Part shown: one piece after another, positions 7,643-18,213 of the stretch | How the letters are laid out: every line of letters starts with the position of its first letter | Position numbering within the stretch: the stretch's first letter is position 1 | Assembly (NCBI GenBank): GCA_038729485.1 | Contig: JAVYRX010000005.1 | Span: 1,417 to 65,416, forward strand | From: Thermoplasmatales archaeon | GTDB lineage: Archaea; Thermoplasmatota; Thermoplasmata; Thermoplasmatales; GCA-001856825 | Length of the DNA stretch: 64,000 bases | Direction of reading: 5' to 3' | Translations under genes and position numbers: made by a program | The notes under the pieces: generated by a model | Told to the model about the DNA's origin: nothing | Databases searched by the model: none | What the model saw: the letters and a program-made list of their open reading frames with translations, nothing else

Positions 7643-10600
7643 GTTGTAGCTACGCCCCCATCCAAATCCTTGACAAAGACAGTACTGCTCTTGTCTTGGA
7701 AGGTAACACCTATTATTTGATTGGCATATTTCATAGTGGCTTTTCTAAGCGTCACCGCAATTATCTGCGCATTCTCTGAATTTTTTCTAAAGAGACTACC
7801 AACGTTTTCAGCATTCACCCCGTCCAAGAACATGTCAACTTCGTCCATGAAGTAAATAGGAGATGGTTCATAGTTTTGTATAGCAATTATAAACGACAGT
7901 GCAGCTATGCTTTTTTCTCCGCCGCTCAATGAAGCTAAGTTATCTGCTTTCTTTGCCTTGGAAGAGGCTTTTATGAAGAGGCCTCCCTGGAACGGGTTGG
8001 TAACGTTCTCCAATTCAAGATAACCCTCATTTCCGTTAGTTAGTTCCTTGTATATCTGTATGAAATTCTTATTGACAGCCTCGAACACCTCCAGGAACAC
8101 CACCTTCTTCTGTTCTTCGAGCTTTCCTTGAAGCTCATCGAGTTTCCTCATTTCTTCTTCAAGTCTAGTTTTCTTGGAGACAAGTTCTTCCAACCTTGTA
8201 TTTTCCGCTTCGTAATCTGAGATGCTCTTCAAATTTACCGGCTCCATCTGCTTCAGTTGCGATTCTAGATTTGTTATTTCTCTCTTTATTTCTTCGTGAG
8301 TTCGTTGATCTTCAGAAAATTCCACCTTGCTTTCTTCAATTTCTCTTGTCATTTCTTGTATTCTGGAAAATGCATCCTCCATCTTAGTCCTGAGAGAAAT
8401 CAAGAAATCTGCCTTTGCCTTCTTTATTGCACCTTTTGATTCTAAATCGGATGTAACTTTATATCTTTCATTCGAAAGCTTGTCTATCTCTGCTCCCATT
8501 TTCTTTAGTTTCTCCTCCTCCGAACGATAGAGGGCCGATATAGCTTCAATTTCAGCCTTAGTCTTATTTATTTGAGAAGAAGATTCTTCAAGCCTATTTT
8601 TCGCATCAGCAAGGTCCTCTTGCTTTCTTTCCAAGTTTTCCTGTACCGATTCCCTGTTGGTCTTCAACACACTTCCGTTTGTGCGGAGTTCAGCGAGCCT
8701 TTTGTTGTCCTCTTCTATCTTGCCTTTGGAATCCTCAAGTCTTCCTCTGAGCTCCCTTATCTCTTCCCTAGTCTTCTTATCAAGGGTCTTTTCCTTATCG
8801 AGTTCTACTTTTTGGATCTCGCCAGATAACTCCTTCACCTCAGACTCCATCTTGGCAAGATCCGCTTTATTCTTTTCAAGCTCCTGCTGTCCTGCCTGAA
8901 GAATTTTTTTCCTTTCTTCTAGATATACCCTCTTTTTCCTCATTTCTTCTTCGAGTTCCTTTTTCCTGCTGAGAATCTGCTCCAGTTCACCTTGGCTTTT
9001 GCCGGTCTGGATGCTTATCCTATTAAGTTGTTCAGCAATGTTCCTAAGATCCTTATCTAGCTTGGTCAAATTTTCTTTTATTTCGGATCTTCTTTCTTTG
9101 AGAGATGAAAGCCTTGAAGATAGTCCTTCGATATCCTTATTTACTTCTCTCTTTGGAAGCAGTCCCCCGGTCATGGCATTGCTCGGATCGATGAGGTCAC
9201 CGTCAAGCGTGACAAGCCTGACCCCTCCCATTACGCTTCTCGCTATCTCCAAATCTTTTACAAGAAGAGTATCGGAAAATACGTAACTTATTATGTCCTT
9301 TAAAGTTTGGTCAGAGTTTATTCTGTCTGCCAGGAAGCCCAGTGTACTCCCATTCTGAGAAAGCATTACTGCTTTTCCGCGGGGCCTGATGGGTATAATT
9401 TTGTTCAAAGGAAGGAATGTCAGCCTTCCTTTCCCTTTTCTCTTAAGGAGTTCTATGGCTCCCTGAGCGTTTTCGTCGCTGTCTACAACTATGCTGAATA
9501 GTCTGTTTCCACCAGCAGCCCTAACAGCCTTTTCAAATTCTGGCTCATAAGATATCAAGGAATCGACGGCTCCCCTAATACCCTTAATGTTTCCCTTTGA
9601 AGCCTCTGAAGAAATAAAATTTATGCTCTCCCAGATACCAGAAACCTTGACCCCCTGCATCTTTCCGAGTTCGCCTTCCACTTTTTCTATTTCAGATGTC
9701 AGTCTTTCTTCCTCTTCCCTGAGCTCTTCAATCTTCTTTTTAGTCTGAAGGTATAATTTATTAAGATTTTCAGACTCTGGGTCGCCTTTCTTCAAGTTCT
9801 TAGCCCTCCATTCCGCATCCTTCACGGAGAACTCGAGATTGGAGATCTCCTCCTCTATCCTCGAGACTTCCTCGATTATCGATGAGTTCTTCGTCTCTGC
9901 CGCGGATATTGTGGAATTCATTTTTGAAATGTTCTCAAGCAATTTTTCCTTTTTTGCCGAAAGTTCCTTTGACGCCTTTACTAGGGCATCGTACTTGTCG
10001 AGAGACGTGGACGATTTATTTTCCATGTCAAGTATTGTGAGCTCAAGTTCCTTGGCTTCATCCTCTCTCTTTCCAATTGCAGCTATAAGCTGATTCGCCT
10101 GTTCCTCATTCTTCTTTTCTTCTTCCTCCAACTTTTTCTTTTTTGCAACGAGTTCAAATATTTCCCTTTTCAAGCTAGTTATCTTAGATTCCAAGTTATC
10201 TTTTTCCATCTCGTGCTTCGCAAATTCAATCTTTTTAGCATCTAGATCCTCTTTTATCTTATTTAAGCCTTCAATTTCCTTGTTGTTTCCTTTTATTTCT
10301 TTTATTTTCTTATCTAATTCGTCGCCTCGTGAAGTGAGTTGCCCTATTTCGTTGTCGATGTTAGTGATTTCTGAATTAATCTTTTCCATCTGTTCCTTAA
10401 TGACTTCGATTTCCTTTTCAGTCTCTCTCTTTCTTCTAAAGAGTAATATGGCTTGATCCCTGTCTATTTCTTTTTTCTTTGCAAGATAAACCTCCGCAAT
10501 CTCCTTTTCCCGTTGTAGTAAAGACACTCTACCTGAAAGTTCTGTTATCAATGCCTGAACAGTTACCATATTCTCATTTGTCTTCTCCTTCTCCTTGTCA

Positions 10601-11154
10601 GCCTTTTCTATCTCCTCGTTGTACTGTGCTATCCCCCCAACTTCCTCTAAAATCCCTCTTCTCTCTGCCGGCGTCATCTCTACTATGCTTGTAATGTCTC
10701 CCTGTCTGACAAAATTATAACCGTCAGCAAATATTTTGACTTTCTCTAGGAGATATTCAAAATCCTGCAGTCTAGCCCTGTCATCATTTATGTAATAATA
10801 GGATGAGAATTCCTGGTCGTTGCTCTCTGATAATTTTACGACTCTCGTGAAAGTAACCTCGTTGGAATCTAAAGGGATCATCTTATCGGTGTTGTCAAAA
10901 GTAACACTGGCTTTCAAGTAAGGAGAGGGTTTGCCTGATTGGTTCTTGTGAATTAGATCAGTGAGCTTTTGCGCCCTGATCGATTTGTTGCTTTTTGTAC
11001 CAAGGACAAATAAAAGTGCATCTCCTATGTTGCTCTTCCCAGACGCATTCGGTCCGGTCACCGATGTATAACCCTGCTTGAACTCAATTACAGTCCTCCT
11101 TCCAAACGACTTGAAATTCTCCATTTCTATTCTTTTTAGGAACATGTTTTTCAC
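7639..11154 (-). CDS. smc: Chromosome segregation protein SMC
   Basis: NFKSF, Walker A GPNASGKSN, two long coiled coils, hinge (GRLTFLPL, LVTLDGD...MTGG), LSGGEKS signature, Walker B DEVD. Confidence 0.97.
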   Translation of the reverse strand: MKNMFLKRIEMENFKSFGRRTVIEFKQGYTSVTGPNASGKSNIGDALLFVLGTKSNKSIRAQKLTDLIHKNQSGKPSPYLKASVTFDNTDKMIPLDSNEVTFTRVVKLSESNDQEFSSYYYINDDRARLQDFEYLLEKVKIFADGYNFVRQGDITSIVEMTPAERRGILEEVGGIAQYNEEIEKADKEKEKTNENMVTVQALITELSGRVSLLQREKEIAEVYLAKKKEIDRDQAILLFRRKRETEKEIEVIKEQMEKINSEITNIDNEIGQLTSRGDELDKKIKEIKGNNKEIEGLNKIKEDLDAKKIEFAKHEMEKDNLESKITSLKREIFELVAKKKKLEEEEKKNEEQANQLIAAIGKREDEAKELELTILDMENKSSTSLDKYDALVKASKELSAKKEKLLENISKMNSTISAAETKNSSIIEEVSRIEEEISNLEFSVKDAEWRAKNLKKGDPESENLNKLYLQTKKKIEELREEEERLTSEIEKVEGELGKMQGVKVSGIWESINFISSEASKGNIKGIRGAVDSLISYEPEFEKAVRAAGGNRLFSIVVDSDENAQGAIELLKRKGKGRLTFLPLNKIIPIRPRGKAVMLSQNGSTLGFLADRINSDQTLKDIISYVFSDTLLVKDLEIARSVMGGVRLVTLDGDLIDPSNAMTGGLLPKREVNKDIEGLSSRLSSLKERRSEIKENLTKLDKDLRNIAEQLNRISIQTGKSQGELEQILSRKKELEEEMRKKRVYLEERKKILQAGQQELEKNKADLAKMESEVKELSGEIQKVELDKEKTLDKKTREEIRELRGRLEDSKGKIEEDNKRLAELRTNGSVLKTNRESVQENLERKQEDLADAKNRLEESSSQINKTKAEIEAISALYRSEEEKLKKMGAEIDKLSNERYKVTSDLESKGAIKKAKADFLISLRTKMEDAFSRIQEMTREIEESKVEFSEDQRTHEEIKREITNLESQLKQMEPVNLKSISDYEAENTRLEELVSKKTRLEEEMRKLDELQGKLEEQKKVVFLEVFEAVNKNFIQIYKELTNGNEGYLELENVTNPFQGGLFIKASSKAKKADNLASLSGGEKSIAALSFIIAIQNYEPSPIYFMDEVDMFLDGVNAENVGSLFRKNSENAQIIAVTLRKATMKYANQIIGVTFQDKSSTVFVKDLDGGVATT

Positions 11155-11499
11155 CGGTATGACAGATGTCTGTTATATAGCATCAATATGTCATACTCAA
11201 TATAAATAGTTTTCCGTTTAAACATGTATTATAATCACGCCTTGGTGCTGACATTTCGGTAGGTCAGTCAATATTGGGCGTCGGTGTTTTGCATTAATTT
11301 AGACTCCTTTTAGCTCATGGGGAGATAAACAATCACAGTCTAACATTAATCTCATTTTGCTTTGGCTTAATTGAGTCTCCCCCCTAATGAGTTTAAGTCA
11401 TAAGGCAAAGCATCCCTAATGCGGAAAGAAGTGAAGGTCTTTCTAAATAACTGCTAAATATTGTGGTTCACAGCTTCTCATATGGAGAAACGTGAATGT

Positions 11500-13770
11500 T
11501 CATTCCCCGTCGGTTTGTCCCTTTTTACTTGTCTTGCTCCTTGTCTTGCACTTAGGATTTATGCATTGTTCTATCTGTTTTTTGCCATAGGTGAATATTG
11601 CTATTGGAAAATTGTCCTCACTGCAGTATTTTCCCGTTGGCTCTAGTTGAGCTTTGAAGGGTACCGGCAGTGTTACCGTGCATTTCGGATAGTTGGAACA
11701 ACCGATGAATTTTTGTCCTTTCCTGCTTCTTCTGATCACAAGATTCCCTCCATCCTGAGGGCATTTCCCTAATATTTCCCTGCTCGTGTTGTATGAACAA
11801 TTGTTGTTCACGCATCTAATTTCCGGGGGCTCATTTTTTCTTATAACCTTTATGAGGAAAAGACCACATACGGGGCATTTCTGGTCTGTCACCTCTATTT
11901 TTCCTACTTTCGGTACGAATTGGAAGAAATCAGCTGACGGCCCTATACACTTTATAAATCTCGCATTTCTGGTTGAATCTATGATGAGATCAGAGCCGCA
12001 GTTTGGGCATTTGCCAACGACTTTCTCCTTATTTAGAGTGTCATAAAATTTAGCCTTTATTTTTTCAGAATTCTTGTTGAGTTCATGCAATAAAGTTAAC
12101 AGCAGTTTCCTGCTATCGTCAACGACATCCTTCTCTTTCCTCTTGCCGTTTGCTATGAGATCCATCTCCTTCTCCAGCTGCGCGGTCATGTTTGGCTTTG
12201 CGATTGCGATAGAGTTAAGCAACAGGGACTCGCCCATAGCCATTCCGAGAGGCTTAACTCTTACCGGGTTTCCTTCTATAAAACCTCTGTCGTACAACTT
12301 CTGTATGATTTCATGTCTTGTACTCTTGGTTCCGAGCATTTCTTTGTCCATTTTTTCAATGAGACTACCCTGCGTATACCTTGGAGGTGGCAAAGTCTTC
12401 TTTTCATCCATTGTCGGATCCAGGAACTCTTTTTCCTCCCCTATAGTTAGTAGGGGGTCTTCCTTCTCTTGATAGTATACGAGATTGTAATATCGCATCC
12501 ATCCTGGGTTAGTTGTTTTTGATGCGGTGTAGCTAAAATCAAAACCTGCAATATTCACCTTATAGATGGTATCAATCACGTCTGCATTTTCGGCTATGGT
12601 CGAAATGAACCTTCTAGCTATCAGATCGTATATCCTGAAATAGTCTCCTTTCATTTCAGTTTTCTTGATTGCAGCCGTTGGATAAATCGGCGGATGGTCT
12701 GTCGTCTCTATCCTTCCCCTTGAGGGAATGAGGCTACTCTCCTTTTTAAGTTGAGAAATTTCCGGCTTGAGATAAGAATCCTCTAGCTGTCCCAATACGT
12801 TCTTCATGCTAAGGGTTCTGGGGTAAACGGTGTTGTCAGTCCTTGGATAGGATATTACCCCGTGTTGATACAAAGATTCTGCTATTTCCATAGCCTTTTC
12901 CACGTATATCCCGAGTTTGTTTGCTTCCCTCAGGAATTCTGTGGTCGAAAAAGGTGTCGGTCTATAGATTTTCCTCTCTTTTTCATCCTTTCCAGTTACA
13001 ACAGCCCTCTGCGAATTTTTTATTTTTTCAAGAATTTTGCCTGCCTCTTCTTTGTCTTTGATTGGGTTTCCATCGTAGCTGAACTTTACCCCATTAATCC
13101 TTACGCTCAATTCGTAGTAACTTTCTGGGACGAACTCCCTGATCTCTAACTCTCTTTCGACGAGCATCGTAAGGGTAGGGCTCTGTACCCTCCCCACTGA
13201 GACAAAGCTACTGCCAAGGCGACCAGTAGCTATACTAAAAAATCTTGTGAGAACGGCTCCCCAAAGGAGATCTATTATTTCCCTGGCCTCGGCAGAACGG
13301 GCCAAATTGTAATCTATTTCAGCAAGATTGTTAAAGGAATTGACCAAGTCTGGTTTGGTGAGGGCGCTGAACCTTGCTCTCCTTGCGGTCCCGTTCCAGT
13401 TCATGAGGCGTAATGTTTCTACTCCAATCAGTTCCCCTTCCCTGTCATAATCAGTTGCGATTATAATCTCACGTGCGTCCTTAGTAAGTTTACCAAACGT
13501 ATCCTCTATTCCCTTGATCTTAATGTGTTCCTCTGGATCTGCATAAATCATTTCGTTAAGCTTTTCCATTTTCCAATCTGCGTATTTCGAGGGAAAATCC
13601 AATTCCACTATGTGCCCTCTCAGTGAAAGGACAGAATAATCCTCGTTATCCCGGCGGAATCTAAAAACTATGATGGGACCCACCTTGACCCTTTCAACCT
13701 TATCGGCGGAAAGTGAATATGCTATCCTCATTGCTACGTTAGATTTCTCCGCAACTACTAAATTAACCAC
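11500..13770 (-). CDS. topA: DNA topoisomerase I (type IA) with C-terminal Zn ribbons
   Basis: VAEK TOPRIM start, ATDYDREGE, SVGRVQSPTL, catalytic ISYPRTD, and multiple CPxC zinc ribbons. Confidence 0.95.
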   Translation of the reverse strand: MVNLVVAEKSNVAMRIAYSLSADKVERVKVGPIIVFRFRRDNEDYSVLSLRGHIVELDFPSKYADWKMEKLNEMIYADPEEHIKIKGIEDTFGKLTKDAREIIIATDYDREGELIGVETLRLMNWNGTARRARFSALTKPDLVNSFNNLAEIDYNLARSAEAREIIDLLWGAVLTRFFSIATGRLGSSFVSVGRVQSPTLTMLVERELEIREFVPESYYELSVRINGVKFSYDGNPIKDKEEAGKILEKIKNSQRAVVTGKDEKERKIYRPTPFSTTEFLREANKLGIYVEKAMEIAESLYQHGVISYPRTDNTVYPRTLSMKNVLGQLEDSYLKPEISQLKKESSLIPSRGRIETTDHPPIYPTAAIKKTEMKGDYFRIYDLIARRFISTIAENADVIDTIYKVNIAGFDFSYTASKTTNPGWMRYYNLVYYQEKEDPLLTIGEEKEFLDPTMDEKKTLPPPRYTQGSLIEKMDKEMLGTKSTRHEIIQKLYDRGFIEGNPVRVKPLGMAMGESLLLNSIAIAKPNMTAQLEKEMDLIANGKRKEKDVVDDSRKLLLTLLHELNKNSEKIKAKFYDTLNKEKVVGKCPNCGSDLIIDSTRNARFIKCIGPSADFFQFVPKVGKIEVTDQKCPVCGLFLIKVIRKNEPPEIRCVNNNCSYNTSREILGKCPQDGGNLVIRRSRKGQKFIGCSNYPKCTVTLPVPFKAQLEPTGKYCSEDNFPIAIFTYGKKQIEQCINPKCKTRSKTSKKGQTDGE

Positions 13771-13881
13771 TGGCTACGAAATGCAATGTATGTATAAAAA
13801 GCGCTTGGATCAATTTTTAACTAGCTCGCCAGTATTCGGCTTTATTAAATCTTGTATAACAACTGAATAAAACATTCTCAT

Positions 13882-15552
13882 CTAATTCAGAATTTTGAAT
13901 ATTGTCAACGACAGCGCCAGGGAAAACAAAACGGCAAGGGCACTTAGAATCTTTGCCTTATTGGCCGACCTTTTTATTATATTGTTTAGCTTCTCCCACT
14001 GGTTCTCTCCAGCTATCTTTAACCAAAGGTCTCGTTTTATATGTTCTATTCTAGTGTCCTTTGTTTCACCTGTTGATTGAGCTAGCTGGGAAACAATATT
14101 TATTATGTCATCGTGGTTCGTAGACGCTCCAACTGGATTGACATTGAGCCCATTAATGTTGACTATGTGGTTGTCTGTCGTGCAAATGAGGATCTTATCA
14201 AATCCCTCTATCTTCGATTCTATTTTCTTTCTGAGTTCATATTGCATGTTGTTACCGTCAAACAGAATGACGGCTACTTTCTTACCCCCCATGCTGAGTG
14301 AGAGAAACGTGATACCTCCGGGACCTATATCCATGAACTTCGGTATAGATCTGGAAAAGGATGATTTAAGCGTCTTTTTTACCTTCCTCTTCTTCACTGC
14401 ATCATCTGCTTCCTTGAACAGGTAAGAAACATCCGTTAATTCTTCGGGTGTTTCCATATTGTTGTTGTGCTGATCTACTGTAACTGCCCACTTCAGTCCA
14501 AGCGATCTTGCCCTTCTTACAATTTTCTTTCCTTCCGATATTTTGACGTCATCAAATCTTGGATTGTCCGGAGAAAGAAAGAAAATCCCTCCCTCGCCGA
14601 GTGGGAGGAATGTCAGATGCTCCCCGAAATACGGCTCATAACAATAATTGAATTCTTCGCCGCCTAAACTCAGAACCTTAGAAATTTTTTCAACCTCCGA
14701 GTCTCCCGCGCAATTGTCGTCGTGCGTGGTCGTCGTATGGAACACCATCAGATTGTCTTCAGGATGCGCCCTCTGCAATTTGCCAGTTATGTTGGAGGAA
14801 CCAAGTTCTCCAAGCGGTCCCGGGTGCACGTACGGGAAAACGAGCGTGATCTTTGAATCATCAGTTCTGAATTTTAGAACCGAAACCTCCCTAGGAGCTA
14901 GAGTGGTATAGATATCTTCAAAGAATTTCTTTAGTACGGCATTGTATGAGATGTCAGAAGTGACGGAGTTTACAATTTCACTGAGAATATTGATCGGATC
15001 AGTGCTGAATTCACGCGCAAAGTTAGATAACGAGAATTTAACGAAAAGATGTGAGGAAATTGAATAAACTATGCTTGAAAGAATGATAGGGGCGATGAAA
15101 ATGTCAAGGCTTCTATCGAGAATGAAAACATAAAAAGAAAAAAACAGAGCAAATGCTATGCTAATCGAGTGTGTTAGAACGACTCTCCTGTTTGTGAACG
15201 TAAGGAATACCATCGTCCTTATGAATGGTATGGTTGTTACTGATAGCAGAAGTCCGAGTGAAGGTCCTAAGAAACGGATCGCAACAACTATGAGGTAAAA
15301 GAGCATCGCCGCGTAGAGGCTTACCGCGTTTAGGAAAAATACCCTATTTATTGGAAATTTGAATTTAAAGAGTCGCGGAGATACATAGTCCCAGATGATT
15401 GTGGAAACAATAGTTAAGGAATAGATTGAAGTTATGAGAATGCTCCGCGAGAGAACATATACTATAGGAACTAGTATTGATATTAGAGGTATAACGACAT
15501 AATACCTTGGAGAACGAAATGCATATCTCCTCAGCCTCTGACTTTCATTCAA
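13882..15552 (-). CDS. DUF2070-like archaeal membrane protein
   Basis: N-terminal TM helices, then VHPGP, FHTTTTHDDN, DQHN, DGNN and TTDNH motifs, and a C-terminal TM helix. Confidence 0.8.
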   Translation of the reverse strand: MNESQRLRRYAFRSPRYYVVIPLISILVPIVYVLSRSILITSIYSLTIVSTIIWDYVSPRLFKFKFPINRVFFLNAVSLYAAMLFYLIVVAIRFLGPSLGLLLSVTTIPFIRTMVFLTFTNRRVVLTHSISIAFALFFSFYVFILDRSLDIFIAPIILSSIVYSISSHLFVKFSLSNFAREFSTDPINILSEIVNSVTSDISYNAVLKKFFEDIYTTLAPREVSVLKFRTDDSKITLVFPYVHPGPLGELGSSNITGKLQRAHPEDNLMVFHTTTTHDDNCAGDSEVEKISKVLSLGGEEFNYCYEPYFGEHLTFLPLGEGGIFFLSPDNPRFDDVKISEGKKIVRRARSLGLKWAVTVDQHNNNMETPEELTDVSYLFKEADDAVKKRKVKKTLKSSFSRSIPKFMDIGPGGITFLSLSMGGKKVAVILFDGNNMQYELRKKIESKIEGFDKILICTTDNHIVNINGLNVNPVGASTNHDDIINIVSQLAQSTGETKDTRIEHIKRDLWLKIAGENQWEKLNNIIKRSANKAKILSALAVLFSLALSLTIFKILN

Positions 15553-16160
15553 GCTGAATCACAGGTTAATAGTGTGCTATTATTTATTTTGTCGTTTTAT
15601 AAAGTAATAATATTCGAACTTCCTACTATGCCAAATTTATGAAATTCGCATATTACAAAATATAAAAAGAGAGAAACCACTTTGCTTAAATTTCTCCTAT
15701 CGTCGATGCAATGAGTTTTCGTTTTCATCCACATTTAAACGCCTTGACGTTTGGGGTATTAAATCTTGAGTATTGGCTGTGACTACCAGTACGGCAGGGA
15801 ACAATTATGCGCAATAATTGAACTGAAAAATTCTGCGCCATATATAATGAAAGCTGTTTTTGGACCACATTAGTAGCGGGCAAAGGGCAAATGTTCGAAT
15901 GTTCTGTATGAAATTATATCGTAGGCATAATTCATCAGCATTTAGCTTCTATTCCACGTCTTTCAGATCCGTAGTAGGCACGTCCGTCTTGCTTCGAGGA
16001 GTCTCTCTCACAAGTTGTGACTGCAGAGCATAAAGCTACATTACATATGAAGAGAGTTCTGTGGAAAGTGCTCAAAGGAGCTGAAAAAGCATGACATGCA
16101 TACGAGGAAAGGCGTTGAGATTCCCTCGTAACATACAGAAATACGCTCAGCATTGCACGT

Positions 16161-17162
16161 TTACTTGGTCACAATTTTGTGTAGGGCAAACGACCCCAGA
16201 ATAATGTTAAAGTAGAACGTTATGAACCTCCAGATTATCACAAAAGCCACCAGCTGGCTGTGAGAGAGGAAAATCGAAAAAGTAGCGAACATCAATATTT
16301 CCATCAGTCCCGCTGAACCTGGAGTCAAGGGTATAAGGGATATCAGAACTAATACAACCTGGATGAAGATAATATAGATAAGGGAGGGCATGACTCCGAA
16401 TCCCAAAAGTAAGAACAAGGGAACTGAAAAATCGGAGAGCCACATCATGGAGGTGACTGTTATCCCGGCTGCTAGATAGGCGGGCTTGTTTATAAAAATC
16501 TTCCTTGTTGAAACCGAGTACGATTGCACTTCCCCAGCGACGTCCGGCATCTCGTTTTTTAACAGCCTCTTTCTAATGCCAGCCCTGTCAAGAAACCATT
16601 GCACTACTGAATTAATGTGACCCGCAATTTTGTGAGCTCGCATCGAAAGGAATAGAAAGACTATGAATGCCCCGAGAACCGCAATGCCAATGGTTGCGTA
16701 TAATCTAAGTTCCCCAGATATTATCTCTATGCCGGTGATTATCACAAGAAGGAATACAAATACGAAGAAAATCGAATCAAATCCCCTCTCACCAAGTGCG
16801 ATTGCAGTTGCAGTTCCTGCACTTGCACCATAATCTACGAGTTTCTTGATCCTCACCGGCTCTCCTCCAACGTATCCAGGGGTAAGGGAAGCAGCAAAAA
16901 GGGACGAAACAACGGCAACAAGGGATTTAGAAAACGGAACCTTCATCCCGTTGGCCCTTGAAAGCACCATGATCCTAGTAGCCCAAAACATGAAAGAAAG
17001 AATGTGAAGACACAGAGCCGCTAGAAAAAAAAGTATAAAGTAAGTGGGCAAAGAAGCGAACGTCCTCAGAAGATTGAAGGGTCCATATATGAATGCAAAT
17101 ACAGCAATGGTTATGACGGATACGCCGATGCCGATATACTTACCTTTTCCCTTTAGATTCAA
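16161..17162 (-). CDS. UPF0104 / lysylphosphatidylglycerol-synthase TM-domain (flippase-like) membrane protein
   Basis: LTPGYVGGEPVR, ERGFD, IPLTPGSAGLME and WRFITFY motifs; multiple TM helices. Confidence 0.85.
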   Translation of the reverse strand: MNLKGKGKYIGIGVSVITIAVFAFIYGPFNLLRTFASLPTYFILFFLAALCLHILSFMFWATRIMVLSRANGMKVPFSKSLVAVVSSLFAASLTPGYVGGEPVRIKKLVDYGASAGTATAIALGERGFDSIFFVFVFLLVIITGIEIISGELRLYATIGIAVLGAFIVFLFLSMRAHKIAGHINSVVQWFLDRAGIRKRLLKNEMPDVAGEVQSYSVSTRKIFINKPAYLAAGITVTSMMWLSDFSVPLFLLLGFGVMPSLIYIIFIQVVLVLISLIPLTPGSAGLMEILMFATFSIFLSHSQLVAFVIIWRFITFYFNIILGSFALHKIVTK

Positions 17163-18213
17163 TCAATTCACCGTAAAGTTTTTCCAGCGCGTCAGTGGTT
17201 TTCTCGATAGAATACTCCCTGCTAGAGTTGAAAGCATTTTTCATTATCGGGGCCAAATCAAGTCTCTCTATTTGGGAAATCTTTCTGACAAGGTCTTGCT
17301 CGTCACCGAATGCGACTGACCATCCATTGTATCCATCCTGCAGTATGCCTATCTCCCTGCTATCGTGAGATCCCACGACGGGAGTACCCGATGCCATCGC
17401 TTCAACATAGACCACTCCAAACGTTTCAGCCCTAGATGGAACTATTAAAAGTTTGGCTCTGCTCAGGAGATTTACCTTTTCATCCTCAGACACATAGCCA
17501 AGATATTCTAGGTTCCTATTTTTCCTTGCCCACTCCTCGACAATGGGTCTTAAAGGGCCAGTGCCTGCTATTTTGAATTTCCTATCGCTAAGGATCGAAG
17601 ATGCCTTAAGGAGTTCAAGGACACCTTTATCGTTTGTTAGTCTTCCGAGGAATAGATAAAAGTCATCTTTTTCAGGGCTGAATGTGAATTTCTTTAAGTC
17701 TATTCCAACTGGTATAGTTTCAGTTCTGCCAACGAATTGAGAGATGTACTTGTCTATAATCCTAGAAGGAGTGACAACCATGTCAACCTTGGCGTACAGA
17801 TGCATGTTGTACTGGAACCCTATATTCAGCAGGCTTTTGACAAACGGAAAATTAATGGTTCCATCCATGTTAACGAAATCTGTGTGATATGTGCCGACAG
17901 TAGGTATTCCTCTCTTACGTGCGAACCTGTATCCCATAGTCCCGAGGACAAATGGCGTATGGATATGGACAACGTCTGGTTTGAACCTTCCCATATCCCG
18001 ATAAAGTTCATAGACGGGTATTCCTATTCTGTATTCTTTATAAAGAGGAAACCTGTATGACGGAAGTCCGAAAACACCGTCGTTAGTCGAAAATACGGTA
18101 TAAACCCTAACAGCATGCCCTCGTTTTTCTAGCTCAGCCTTAAAATCGACAAGGTGCTTTGAAACTCCATCAGCTATCGGGTGGTACGTATCGCTGCATA
18201 GGGCGACTCTCAT
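17140..18213 (-). CDS. GT4 (GT-B) glycosyltransferase, glycolipid-synthase-like
   Basis: SDTYHP.ADGV start, DVVHIHTPF, TYHT, FLGRL..DKG, ETFGVVYVEAMASGTPVV. Confidence 0.9.
   Translation of the reverse strand: MRVALCSDTYHPIADGVSKHLVDFKAELEKRGHAVRVYTVFSTNDGVFGLPSYRFPLYKEYRIGIPVYELYRDMGRFKPDVVHIHTPFVLGTMGYRFARKRGIPTVGTYHTDFVNMDGTINFPFVKSLLNIGFQYNMHLYAKVDMVVTPSRIIDKYISQFVGRTETIPVGIDLKKFTFSPEKDDFYLFLGRLTNDKGVLELLKASSILSDRKFKIAGTGPLRPIVEEWARKNRNLEYLGYVSEDEKVNLLSRAKLLIVPSRAETFGVVYVEAMASGTPVVGSHDSREIGILQDGYNGWSVAFGDEQDLVRKISQIERLDLAPIMKNAFNSSREYSIEKTTDALEKLYGELIESKGKR

Noticed and set aside
11030-11060. Smc Walker A reads GPNASGKSN instead of the usual GPNGSGKSN
   Set aside because: It still fits GxxxxGKS and the other ATPase motifs are intact, so it is not evidence of inactivation.
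15935-16153. 72-aa minus-strand ORF downstream of the flippase gene
   Set aside because: Atypical composition, no SD and no motif; more likely spurious or a decayed remnant.
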